From contig JBNASD010000003.1 of NCBI GenBank assembly GCA_049720225.1, forward strand, positions 143 through 64,142: a DNA stretch of 64,000 bases, given 5' to 3'. The notes beneath the pieces were generated by a model. It did not search any database, was not told where the DNA came from, and saw only the letters and a list, made by a program, of their open reading frames with translations. Within the stretch, counting starts at the first letter, position 1. Each line of letters starts with the position of its first letter. The translations under genes were made by a program, and so were the position numbers. The DNA is from Microgenomates group bacterium. GTDB lineage: Bacteria; Patescibacteriota; Microgenomatia; PFEM01; JBNASD01. Below are positions 38,041 through 47,410 of the stretch, piece after piece.

Positions 38041-38462
38041 CGAAAAATTACTTTTACCCGTTGAGGTAAAATTTTTCCTCTTACCTGTCCTTCAATTAAA
38101 TACTCTCCTGGTTGCTGGGCAGAAACATCAAATATAGCCCTTCCTAATTCATCGGTTGTCCCCTGAATAGGAACAATAACTAAAGACTGTTCGTTGTTTC
38201 CCAAAAAAACGGGTTGATTGGCTAATCCACGACCAGTATTATCTAAAATAAAAACGGTGACCCGAATTTTTTCCTCCCCTCCTGCTTGAGCCTGCAACGG
38301 CGAGGCAAAAAGATAAGAATTTTCTAAAGAAATTACTCCTTCACTTCTGGGAGTGTAAGCTCGGCCAAAAAAGGTTGTTCGTTGAGAAATTACCAAAACT
38401 AATCCTCCTAAAGAAAAAATTAGAATAATTATAATTAAAAAAAGTAAAAGAAATTTTTTCAT
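38037..38462 (-). CDS. Membrane-anchored Big_1/invasin-like Ig domain protein
   Basis: TM; AGGEEKIRVTV...TTDELGRA...PGEY. Confidence 0.65.
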   Translation of the reverse strand: MKKFLLLFLIIIILIFSLGGLVLVISQRTTFFGRAYTPRSEGVISLENSYLFASPLQAQAGGEEKIRVTVFILDNTGRGLANQPVFLGNNEQSLVIVPIQGTTDELGRAIFDVSAQQPGEYLIEGQVRGKILPQRVKVIFR

Positions 38463-38503
38463 TAAAACAATTATAATTGTTTTTCTTTTATTTTCTCAAC
38501 TCT

Positions 38504-38540
38504 CCCTAGGTGTCCTATCTAGTCCACCCCTTAGGTGGGA
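38504..38540 (+). repeat. REP-like element, long form (copy 4)
   Basis: CCCTAGGTGTC-N9-CCACCCCTTAGGTGGGA. Confidence 0.85.
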
Positions 38541-38549
38541 TAGAGAAAA

Positions 38550-39593
38550 TTAAACAAACTCACTTATTTTTTGATTAAACCGCTCGGCGCTTTTTTGACC
38601 AAAAAACTGGCGGATAATTAAAGAAAGTAACGCCATTCCTGCGCCAGCGTAAATTACAAAGTACAAAATCCAACTCGTCCAAAAGGATTTAAAAACAAAA
38701 ATAGGTCCCTCCTCTTGCCATACATACCGTAAAAATTTTCTCCCTCCCCATAAATTAACTAAAAAACAAAATGCCATCCCCCACCATAAGGGATGATAAA
38801 AAATTCCCCCCATTCCCAACGGTAAACTCAAAACTGCCGCCGCACCAGTAATCGTTTCCCGAAGGGTCATTGCTACCGGAGCAAATTTCCTTCTTTGGGA
38901 AAAAAGCAAACTCCAATAAAAACTACGACGAAAGTACTTTTTGGCTACCGGTCCAAACCCTTCAAACTCATGTTTTACTCTGATTTGGTCATCAAAAATA
39001 ATGGCATAACGAGAAGCAATCCGGTAGGTAAACTCAATATCTTCAATATCCGCTCGCCGGTAACGCTCGTCAAATCCTCCTAAACGCAAAAAAACATCTC
39101 TTTTGATTGCCGCAATTCGGGTAGAAAAAAGATAAAAATAGCCCCGTTGGTCTCGTTCATTAATCCAATAACTCCAATCACGAAGGGCTTTATAATTAGG
39201 AAAAAAGTCTTTGCTTTTTCGCGGACGTACCCAAACTCCAGTTAAAGCAGTTAAATCTTTATCTTTTAAAAACCGTTCGGCAACTCGCTTAATCGTATCC
39301 GGATAACAAATTACATCCGCATCCAAAAACAAAACTATTTTTCCCTTTGCTTTTTTAACTCCTTCATTTCGAGCTTTTGCCGGTCCGGAATTTCTTTTTA
39401 AACGAACAACTTTCACTTTTGGTTGATAAAGTTCTGCCACTCGCGCGGTTTCATCAGGCGAACAATCATCAACGACAATTACTTCAAAATCAGAAAAACC
39501 ACGAGTGGCAAAAATTGAATCCAAAAGTCGCGGTAAAACTCCCGCCGCTTTGTAAGCAGGAATGACAATCGATAAAAATGGTCTTTTTTTCAT
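38550..39593 (-). CDS. GT2 glycosyltransferase with C-terminal TMs
   Basis: SIVIPAY, VVDDCS, GPAKARN, FLDAD, GGFDE, EDIE. Confidence 0.9.
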   Translation of the reverse strand: MKKRPFLSIVIPAYKAAGVLPRLLDSIFATRGFSDFEVIVVDDCSPDETARVAELYQPKVKVVRLKRNSGPAKARNEGVKKAKGKIVLFLDADVICYPDTIKRVAERFLKDKDLTALTGVWVRPRKSKDFFPNYKALRDWSYWINERDQRGYFYLFSTRIAAIKRDVFLRLGGFDERYRRADIEDIEFTYRIASRYAIIFDDQIRVKHEFEGFGPVAKKYFRRSFYWSLLFSQRRKFAPVAMTLRETITGAAAVLSLPLGMGGIFYHPLWWGMAFCFLVNLWGGRKFLRYVWQEEGPIFVFKSFWTSWILYFVIYAGAGMALLSLIIRQFFGQKSAERFNQKISEFV

Positions 39594-40477
39594 TTTTGGG
39601 CAGTAATCACTAAACTCGTTAAGGGAATAGGAATTTTTATTTTTCCCGCCGGACTGATTGCTTTTCCAAAAAATTTAGCTAATTTAATTAAATTTCTTTC
39701 ACGAAAATAAAACTTAAAATTTTCCAAAAGATAATTTAAAGGATACAATCGTGTTGGATCTTTTATTTTTTTAATTTTAGTAAATCCTCCTTTTTTCAGC
39801 AAAAAAAACAAACTTTTTTGCTTAAAGAACCAAAGATGCTCCGGATGACGAAAGGCAAACCAATTTTTTCTCATTAGTTTTGCTTGCCAACCTCCAGCAT
39901 CGGGAGTAGAAAAAAGAAAAAGACCTCGTGGTTTAAGAATTCGGTAAACCTCTTTAACAAAATCAATTGGGGAGGCAACATGTTCAATTGTCTGAAAACA
40001 GGTAACTAAATCAAAAAACGCTGGGGGAAATTTTACTTTTAAAAAATCACGTTTAAAAATTGTTTTTACCCCTAAATTTTTTCTTGCTTCACTTACGGGT
40101 GTTAGCGAAAGATCTACCCCCCAAATTTCCCATCCATATTTTTTAGCTACTTCCAAAAAAAATCCAAAACTACATCCAATATCTAAAACTCTTCCTGGTT
40201 TGGAGAAAAAATTTTTAATCTGACAAAAAACCTTTTCAAAATAATCCAAAAATGACTCTTTCTCTGCCAAATAAGAAGAATAGCCTAAAGCGGATTCTCC
40301 GCGAAATGATTGATTTTCCCAATACTCTGCTTGATAAAACTTTTGAAGTTCAGCTGCAGTCGGTAACGGCCAAATAAATTGACTTTGACAAAAATCACAT
40401 TTAAAAAATTTTCTTTCCCCTTTTTGAAAATTAAAATAAGCAAAATGATGACACAAAGGACAATTAACTTTATTCAT
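39590..40477 (-). CDS. Class I SAM-dependent methyltransferase with N-terminal Zn finger
   Basis: CPLC...CDFC; VLDIGCSFG; TIEHV; PEHLWFF. Confidence 0.88.
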   Translation of the reverse strand: MNKVNCPLCHHFAYFNFQKGERKFFKCDFCQSQFIWPLPTAAELQKFYQAEYWENQSFRGESALGYSSYLAEKESFLDYFEKVFCQIKNFFSKPGRVLDIGCSFGFFLEVAKKYGWEIWGVDLSLTPVSEARKNLGVKTIFKRDFLKVKFPPAFFDLVTCFQTIEHVASPIDFVKEVYRILKPRGLFLFSTPDAGGWQAKLMRKNWFAFRHPEHLWFFKQKSLFFLLKKGGFTKIKKIKDPTRLYPLNYLLENFKFYFRERNLIKLAKFFGKAISPAGKIKIPIPLTSLVITAQK

Positions 40478-42089
40478 TTTCTACCTGAAAAAGGGTAACA
40501 TATTCGCTGGTAAAAACTGGTTTTAAAAAAGAAAAAGGTTTAAAATCGCCAAATTCTTTTTCTTGCGGACCCCAAAAAACAAAGGCAATCTTGTTTTTCT
40601 TTAAAAAATCTTTCGCTTCTTTCTCCCCCATCTGGCCAGAAAAAAATAATCTCACCACCAAATTTTTCCTTTCAAAATCAACGGTTTCTGTAAAATGACC
40701 TAAATAAACAAAATTTCCCGCATAAGCGGGAATATAATTGCCAGCGGTAATACCGGATAATACCACCTCTTCATCTGAAGTATTTTTTTCCAACCATTTA
40801 ATTGCCTCCCACCAGTCTTTTAAAGGATACATCACCTGCGAGGGATAAGGAACTAAAGGTAAAAAGGCAGCCAAACGTTGATTGATAAATTGAAACTGCC
40901 CCTTCAAGGAAGCATATATTCCGGGTAACGAAAGACTAAGAATAATTAAAGTGAGGGGAATAATTTTTTTCGTTTTTCCTAAAAGAAAAACCGTTAGGCC
41001 AGCAAAAGGCAAATGTAAGGCAGTTTGAATCCAATAAAGTTCGGAGTGAAGGCCAGTAAGACGAAAAATAATCATTCCTCCTAACGCGGTTAACCACCAC
41101 CAAATTAGGGGGTAAAACTTCTTTAATTTTTGAAAAAAAACAAAAAAACTTCCCAAAATTCCCAAAAATAAAGTTAATCCGTGAGCAAAAATTACTTCGT
41201 AAAAAGAATAAAGCCAAGGGTGAGCCCGATCATAATCAACCACGCTTTTCCAAGGATAAAAATGAGTAATCCATTGAATATAAATTAAAGGTAAACTAGT
41301 TAATAAATAAAAAAACAAAAAGGGAAAAATTAAAGAAAATTTTCTTTGAGAAATAAATTTTTCTAAAAAAATAAAGCCAAAAATTCCCCATAAAATCAGT
41401 AAACTGGGTGGATGAACAAAACCAGCTAAAAATCCTATTCCGGTAGCTAAAAAAAACCATTTTTTCTGATTTTTTTCTTCTTCCCAATATTTTAAAAACG
41501 CTAATAACCCAATTACCGTTCCCAAATGACCCAAAAGATAATGAGGAACATAAGTAATTCTTTTAATTTGATCCATTTCTTGCCACCAATCAAGCCAAAG
41601 CATAGGATGCCATTTTCCTTCCCAAAAGCCAAAGCGAGGAAGGCTTCCGGAAAATAAAGCTAAAAGAAAAAAAGCTATCCGCGAAGAAAAAGAAGAAAAA
41701 AACCAACTTCCCAACCAGTAAATTGCCAATAATAAAATTGCCCCTAAAAGAAGGCGCAAAAAATGATAAGTTAAGGCCGGTGAAAAACCAAAAATCCCTC
41801 CAACTTTTCCTGATAAAAGATAAAATTCTTGAAGTAAGCTTCCTTGGTGGGGCTCGGTAGAATATTTATTGATTACCGTCCAACGCCCTTCTGCCCCCTG
41901 ACGCATTTTGGCTAAATAAACATTGTAGTCATAAGTATGATTATGCTCTCCTCCTAAAAAAATCCGCCGAGAATCCGCTAATTTCCCACTGGCAAAAAAT
42001 TCATAAATTGTTGGCGAAAAAGAAATAGTTAAGGCTAAAAAAGAAATCAACAAAACTAATAATGTTTCGTTTTTAATAATTTTTACCAT
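40470..42089 (-). CDS. Polytopic GT-C-like membrane protein (paralog 1)
   Basis: DYNVYLAKMRQGAEGRW; many TMs; WLEKNT...GNYIPAYAGNFVYLGH. Confidence 0.65.
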   Translation of the reverse strand: MVKIIKNETLLVLLISFLALTISFSPTIYEFFASGKLADSRRIFLGGEHNHTYDYNVYLAKMRQGAEGRWTVINKYSTEPHQGSLLQEFYLLSGKVGGIFGFSPALTYHFLRLLLGAILLLAIYWLGSWFFSSFSSRIAFFLLALFSGSLPRFGFWEGKWHPMLWLDWWQEMDQIKRITYVPHYLLGHLGTVIGLLAFLKYWEEEKNQKKWFFLATGIGFLAGFVHPPSLLILWGIFGFIFLEKFISQRKFSLIFPFLFFYLLTSLPLIYIQWITHFYPWKSVVDYDRAHPWLYSFYEVIFAHGLTLFLGILGSFFVFFQKLKKFYPLIWWWLTALGGMIIFRLTGLHSELYWIQTALHLPFAGLTVFLLGKTKKIIPLTLIILSLSLPGIYASLKGQFQFINQRLAAFLPLVPYPSQVMYPLKDWWEAIKWLEKNTSDEEVVLSGITAGNYIPAYAGNFVYLGHFTETVDFERKNLVVRLFFSGQMGEKEAKDFLKKNKIAFVFWGPQEKEFGDFKPFSFLKPVFTSEYVTLFQVENE

Positions 42090-43038
42090 TAAAAATTTCT
42101 TTAATTTCTCCTAATCCATAAAACCAATGGGTAACAAAAAAGATTAAAAATATTTTACCCCATAAATTTAATTTTTTCTGCCGATAAGCAAGCCAAAAAC
42201 TATAAAAACCAAAAAAGAATAAATAAAACCAAAAAGATAAAGGAGCGGTTAAAACAAGGATTACTGGTAAATAAAAAATAGGTTTTTTTGCCTCCGGATG
42301 CTTTTTTAAAAACATCATCCTCCCCTTTCCATAAACAACCATTCTCTTTGCCCAATCTTTTAAGTTACTCCGCATTTTATGAATTACCCCGCTTTTAGCC
42401 AGGTAAAAAAATCGTCTGCCGGTTTTTAAAAGGCGGTAGGTCAAATCTTCATCTTCGATAATACTTCCTAAACTCTCATCAAACCACCCTACTTCTTCAA
42501 TCGCTTTTTTTTCATACAAAACATTCACACAAGGCAAATGGGTAACTTCGCGATCTTCCTCATATCGTCTCCCCTGAACTGAACCCCGACTTCCTAAAAA
42601 AGTATTTAAAACAATTCCTAAGGCTTGATAAAAAGAAGTGGTTTTTGGAGGATAATTTGGCCCTCCTACCGCTACCAAATTAGGAATTTTTCGTTTGTAT
42701 TTTTGATAACCTAAAACTAGACTTTTTAACCAATTTTTTGGGGCGATACAATCGGCATCAATAAAAGCCAAAAAAGCGGTTCTACAATTTTTAACCGCCA
42801 CATTCCGACTAATAGCAATTCCCCGCCGGGGGTTAATAATCAAACGAACTCTTTTTGTTTTTCTCTGAAATTTTTTAATAAGAGGAATTGTTTGATCAGT
42901 AGAATTATTATCAATCACCAAAATTTCTGTTTTAAAAGCAGGATAGGATTGTTGTAAAAGAGATGATAAACAATCAACAATATTTTTTTCTTCATTAAAA
43001 CAAACAACCGCGACGGTAACTTTAGGTAAAATTTTCAT
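42073..43038 (-). CDS. GT2 glycosyltransferase
   Basis: FNEE, IDNNSTD, SRN, FIDAD, EDEDL. Confidence 0.9.
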   Translation of the reverse strand: MKILPKVTVAVVCFNEEKNIVDCLSSLLQQSYPAFKTEILVIDNNSTDQTIPLIKKFQRKTKRVRLIINPRRGIAISRNVAVKNCRTAFLAFIDADCIAPKNWLKSLVLGYQKYKRKIPNLVAVGGPNYPPKTTSFYQALGIVLNTFLGSRGSVQGRRYEEDREVTHLPCVNVLYEKKAIEEVGWFDESLGSIIEDEDLTYRLLKTGRRFFYLAKSGVIHKMRSNLKDWAKRMVVYGKGRMMFLKKHPEAKKPIFYLPVILVLTAPLSFWFYLFFFGFYSFWLAYRQKKLNLWGKIFLIFFVTHWFYGLGEIKEIFNGKNY

Positions 43039-44468
43039 TTTAGATTTTGGAAAAAATTAATTGCTCCCAAAAGGCTCCTTTTTCCTTCCGCTGGATTCGT
43101 TACTAATTGAATCAATTTTTTAATTAAATATTTTGGCCGAAAATAAAAACGAAAATAAGCTTGCCGACAAAACTTTTCTACTTCTTTTGCGGAAAAGGTA
43201 GGCAAATTGACGGTTGCTTGATATTCTCCTTTTTTTCCTAACCACCGCCGGAAATTTTTTTCTCTTAAATAACCCATTTTCTCTGCCCAATAGTAAGCTT
43301 TTGTTCCCGGATAAACAAAAAGCGGATAAAATTGAGCAGAATCAGGACTAAGTTTACAAGCAAATTGAAAGGTTTGTTCGGCGGTTTTTAAAGTTTCTCC
43401 CGGCCCTCCAATAATAAAACAACCATGAACAAGTAAGCCTGCTTTTTTGGCATTTTGGGCAAAATTTAGCGATTGCTCAAGAGTAATTTTTTTGTTCATT
43501 TTATTTAAAATCTCTTGATTACCTGACTCATAGCCAACAATCAAAAGACGACAACCGGCTTTTTTCATTAATTTCATTGTTTCTAAATCTAAATGAACAC
43601 GGGTATTGGTTGACCAAGGAAGTTTATTGCCTTTCTTAATAAGAAGTTGACAGATCCTACGAACACGAGGAATGTTAGCAGTAAAGGTATCGTCTTCTAT
43701 CACCACTTCTTTAACTTGGGGTAAATTTTTGGCAATCCAAAAAAATTCCTCTACCACCTTTTCCGGAGAACGAAACCGATATTTCAATCCATGTAAAGTT
43801 TGCGGCCAAAGACAATAAAAACATCCATAAGGACATCCCCGACCGGTAATAATCATTACCATTGGATAACGGGCGGCTGCAAAAAAATAATCGCGCGGAT
43901 CTAAAAATTGTTTATAGATTTGGGAAACAAAAGGAAAATCATCTAAATTAGTTAAAAGCGGTCGAGGAGAATTGACTATAATTTTTTTTCCTTGGCGATA
44001 AACCAAACCGGCTACTTTTTTTAACGGCTTCCCCTTTTCTAATACCTCCGCTAACTCAACCACTGTTTGATCATATTCCCCTACCGCCACTCCATCGACC
44101 AAAGAAGCAGAAGTTAAGGTTTCTTTTGGTAAAGCAGAAACATGAGGACCAACTAGTAAAACAAAACAATCTAAGTTTTTCTTTACTTTTTCGGCAAAAC
44201 GTAAGTCGTTATTGATGCTCGGCGTGCTGGTTTCTATTACTACTAACTGGGGAGAGAACCTTTTTAACTTTTTTATTGCCTGGGAAAAATTCATTTTTTT
44301 AGCGACAAAATCAAAAAGCCAAACTTCATTCCCCCATTTCTGGGCCCAACCGCAAGCTAATGCCAACCAATAAGGATAATATAAAGTTTTCCCTACCGGG
44401 ACTCCCGGGCTGCGTTGACCGCGGGAAAATCCCGGTAAAAATGGTGGATTAACAAAAGCAATTTTCAT
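43035..44468 (-). CDS. Cobalamin-binding-domain radical SAM protein
   Basis: GPHVS, GEYD, GRGCPYGCFYC, EDDTF, GYESG, PGET. Confidence 0.9.
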   Translation of the reverse strand: MKIAFVNPPFLPGFSRGQRSPGVPVGKTLYYPYWLALACGWAQKWGNEVWLFDFVAKKMNFSQAIKKLKRFSPQLVVIETSTPSINNDLRFAEKVKKNLDCFVLLVGPHVSALPKETLTSASLVDGVAVGEYDQTVVELAEVLEKGKPLKKVAGLVYRQGKKIIVNSPRPLLTNLDDFPFVSQIYKQFLDPRDYFFAAARYPMVMIITGRGCPYGCFYCLWPQTLHGLKYRFRSPEKVVEEFFWIAKNLPQVKEVVIEDDTFTANIPRVRRICQLLIKKGNKLPWSTNTRVHLDLETMKLMKKAGCRLLIVGYESGNQEILNKMNKKITLEQSLNFAQNAKKAGLLVHGCFIIGGPGETLKTAEQTFQFACKLSPDSAQFYPLFVYPGTKAYYWAEKMGYLREKNFRRWLGKKGEYQATVNLPTFSAKEVEKFCRQAYFRFYFRPKYLIKKLIQLVTNPAEGKRSLLGAINFFQNLK

Positions 44469-45100
44469 TTCTTTTTTGCTTTAATTAAAATATCTCCTCG
44501 AAAAAAGAAATTTAAAATTAAATTAAAAAAATCAGGAAACCGCCCAATTGATCCTAAACTAGCCACTTTTAAAATAGTAAACTCTTGACTAACAAAATCT
44601 TTAAACTCCTTTTTACTAAATTCAAAAATATGAGTAGGATCACCTCCATAAATAATTTTAAACAACCGCCACGATAAAGAAAGACGATTGTTGGTCCCAA
44701 TAATAAAAATTCCTTCTGGTTTAAGTATCCTTTTAATCTCTTTTAATGCCTTTTGGGGGTTTTTTAAATGCTCAAAAACATTGATAGAAAAAACTTTATC
44801 AAAAAAATTATCTTTAAATGGTAAATTGGTAATATCTGCTTGGAAAAATTTTAATTTAGGGAATAATTTTTTTGCCTTTTTAATTGCAAAAGAAGAAATA
44901 TCAACCCCCATTCCTTCTACTAAAGGAGGACAAACAAAATTTAAAAGATAACCTGTTCCACAACCTGCGTCTAAAATCTTTTCTCCTTTTTTTACTGCCA
45001 ATTCTTTTTTAAGCCAATTAAAAGAAGGAATTTTTTCTAAATTCTTTTCTAAATAATGATCAGTATGCTGGCGATAATAATCCAAATCAAACTTCTTCAT
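44465..45100 (-). CDS. Class I SAM-dependent methyltransferase
   Basis: ILDAGCGTG, LPFKDNFFD, FEHL, RILKP. Confidence 0.9.
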   Translation of the reverse strand: MKKFDLDYYRQHTDHYLEKNLEKIPSFNWLKKELAVKKGEKILDAGCGTGYLLNFVCPPLVEGMGVDISSFAIKKAKKLFPKLKFFQADITNLPFKDNFFDKVFSINVFEHLKNPQKALKEIKRILKPEGIFIIGTNNRLSLSWRLFKIIYGGDPTHIFEFSKKEFKDFVSQEFTILKVASLGSIGRFPDFFNLILNFFFRGDILIKAKKK

Positions 45101-46169
45101 AATTTTTTAATAATTTTTCCGCTTTTTTAAAAGATAAAGGTAGTTTTTGATTAAAAATTAGCGAAAGATATTTCTTAAGAAATTTTTTATTCTCTGAAGC
45201 TAGACATTGCGAGTGGTATTTCTGAAAAATCTTAAATTTTAATCCCCGCTCGCGAATTTTTTTGAGGGATTCTTTTTTAACATTTCCCAAAGAAAAATGT
45301 AAAAAAGGACAAGGCAAAACTTCTCCATCAGGAGTAATGTATAGCACTTCCTTTACCGCCGGACAACCAAAACAAAACCAATTGCTTTCCATATCGCGAC
45401 GAATCCAAGCTGATTTTTTCCGCCAACGATTAATTTCTTGCTTATCTTTAGGAGTAAGAAGAATTTTTTGATTCTCCTGCCAACGACCAACAGGACAGGC
45501 AAAAATTGGATTGAGAGCAATTTTTTCTTTTGTTGCCCAGGCAAAAAGTTTTTGCAAATCATCATTAAAAATATTTTGATGAGAAACGGTGGTATTCACC
45601 GAAACCTTAAAACCAAATTTTTGCGCCATTTTTAAAGCTTTCATTGCTTTGATAAAGGTACCCTTTTTTCCCCGAAAGCGATCGTGAACTTTAGGATCAA
45701 AACTATCTAAACTAAAATTAAGTTTATCTACTCCTAATTTTTTTAATTTTTTTAAAAGATTAGAAGTAATAAGTGTCCCATTGGTAGTAATGGAAATATA
45801 ATTTTTTTTTGGCTGAAAAGCTTTAATGATTTCAAAAATTCTTTTATCTAGAAAAACCTCCCCACCTTGAAAAGAAAAATGAATCGCCCCTAATTCCATT
45901 GCTTCTTTCGCTAATCGTTGATACTCTTTTAAAGTGAGTTTCTTTTTTTGAAAACGAGCAAATTTTGCCGCAAAACAATGCTGGCAGGCTAAGTTACATT
46001 GATAATCAGTGACAATATCCAAATAATGAAGGGGCGGAAGAAAAGATTTTAAAAAAGCAAAAAGGTAACCTTTAAGGGTACGAAAAAACAAGAATGGTTT
46101 ACGAAAAAAGACCCCGGTATAGTCTAAAAAGGAAGCCATTTTTTTTCCCGAAATCAATTTTTTCTCCAT
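45087..46169 (-). CDS. Radical SAM protein with SPASM/twitch-like C-terminus
   Basis: CNLACQHC, GGE, TNGT, SLD, C...ITPDGEVLPC. Confidence 0.88.
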   Translation of the reverse strand: MEKKLISGKKMASFLDYTGVFFRKPFLFFRTLKGYLFAFLKSFLPPLHYLDIVTDYQCNLACQHCFAAKFARFQKKKLTLKEYQRLAKEAMELGAIHFSFQGGEVFLDKRIFEIIKAFQPKKNYISITTNGTLITSNLLKKLKKLGVDKLNFSLDSFDPKVHDRFRGKKGTFIKAMKALKMAQKFGFKVSVNTTVSHQNIFNDDLQKLFAWATKEKIALNPIFACPVGRWQENQKILLTPKDKQEINRWRKKSAWIRRDMESNWFCFGCPAVKEVLYITPDGEVLPCPFLHFSLGNVKKESLKKIRERGLKFKIFQKYHSQCLASENKKFLKKYLSLIFNQKLPLSFKKAEKLLKNYEEV

Positions 46170-46172
46170 TTC

Positions 46173-47351
46173 TTATTTCCGCCCACCCCTTAGGTGGGAT
46201 AGATCAAGATGACGATCAACCCCCAAAATTGAAAGGAAAAAAGAAGAAAAAATTATCTGAATTCCCAAAACAATTAACATCATGGAAAATATTGTCGGCC
46301 GAATTGCCCAAAGCTCACCAAATCCTTGTTTTGCCCAATTAAAAAAAGTAATCCCCCCCACTAATAAACCAATTAACAAAATTAATACTCCTAACAGTAA
46401 TCCTTTTTCTAAACGAAAGTAGCGAAAAACAATTGGCGTCAAAAGACTATCTTTAGCTAATCCTTCTGTCCAAGAAAAAACTTTAGCGAAAATTCCAAGC
46501 ATAATTACTTGATAACCAACCAAAACTAACATTGAAGCAAAAATCATTGTATGAAAATCAAACCCTCTTCCAAAAAGAAAAACCGGTCCACGCAAAAGCG
46601 ATAATACTCCTAATCCCCCTACTACCATTAGTATCATTCCCGGAAAAAGAAAAAGCCAGGTGGGGGCAAATAAAAGCATAAAACGGATATGTCGCCAGGC
46701 ATCACGAAACCGAGAAAGTTTTGAAGGCGTTTGCCGAGGATAATAAACAATCGGCACTTCTTTTATTTTTAATTTTTCTTGACTAGCGCGAATAAGCATT
46801 TCTGAAGCAAACTCCATCCCTAAACAAAAGAGGCGCATTTTTTTAAAAGCTTTTTTGGTTAAAGCCCGCATTCCTGTTTGCGAATCAGAAACTTTAAGAC
46901 CATAAAATAAACGTAAAAACAAATTTAAAGTGGGAGTACCAAAAAACCGATTTAGAAAAGGCATTGCTCCTTTTTTAATTTTTCCTTTTAACCTTGACCC
47001 TAATACTAAATCATAGCCATGAGTAAGAGGGGCAATTAATTTCGGAATTTCCCGAAAATCATAAGTCCCATCACTGTCGGCAAAAACTAAAATTTCTCCC
47101 TTGGCGGATTTTAATCCGGTTAAAAGAGCCTGACCATAACCCTTTTTAGTTTCCAAAATTACTTTTGCTCCTGCTTTTTCTGCTTTTTGGGGAGAACTAT
47201 CTTCTGAACCATTATCAACTACAATTACTTCTCCTTTTACTTTAGCCTTTTTTAAACCTAAAAAAGCTTTTTTAACACACCCCCCTACCGTTTTTTCTTC
47301 ATTCAGACACGGCATAATCACCGAAACAAAAAAATTTGTCATTTTTTTCAT
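46173..47351 (-). CDS. GT2 polyprenyl-phosphate glycosyltransferase-like protein with C-terminal TMs
   Basis: PCLNEE, VDNGS, GYG, DSDGTY, DSQTGMR, GMEFASEM. Confidence 0.88.
   Translation of the reverse strand: MKKMTNFFVSVIMPCLNEEKTVGGCVKKAFLGLKKAKVKGEVIVVDNGSEDSSPQKAEKAGAKVILETKKGYGQALLTGLKSAKGEILVFADSDGTYDFREIPKLIAPLTHGYDLVLGSRLKGKIKKGAMPFLNRFFGTPTLNLFLRLFYGLKVSDSQTGMRALTKKAFKKMRLFCLGMEFASEMLIRASQEKLKIKEVPIVYYPRQTPSKLSRFRDAWRHIRFMLLFAPTWLFLFPGMILMVVGGLGVLSLLRGPVFLFGRGFDFHTMIFASMLVLVGYQVIMLGIFAKVFSWTEGLAKDSLLTPIVFRYFRLEKGLLLGVLILLIGLLVGGITFFNWAKQGFGELWAIRPTIFSMMLIVLGIQIIFSSFFLSILGVDRHLDLSHLRGGRK
46182..46199 (+). repeat. REP-like hairpin (copy 5), inside the last codons of the GT2 gene
   Basis: CCCACCCCTTAGGTGGGA. 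Confidence 0.85.
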
Positions 47352-47410
47352 TTTAACAAAAGTGTTAAAATAAATCTATTCAAAATTTTGCTTGGATTTA
47401 AAAAATTTTA

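Noticed and set aside
43035-44468. Hopanoid biosynthesis (HpnJ-like) assignment
   Set aside because: Only general family resemblance; no squalene-hopene cyclase or hpn genes in the window
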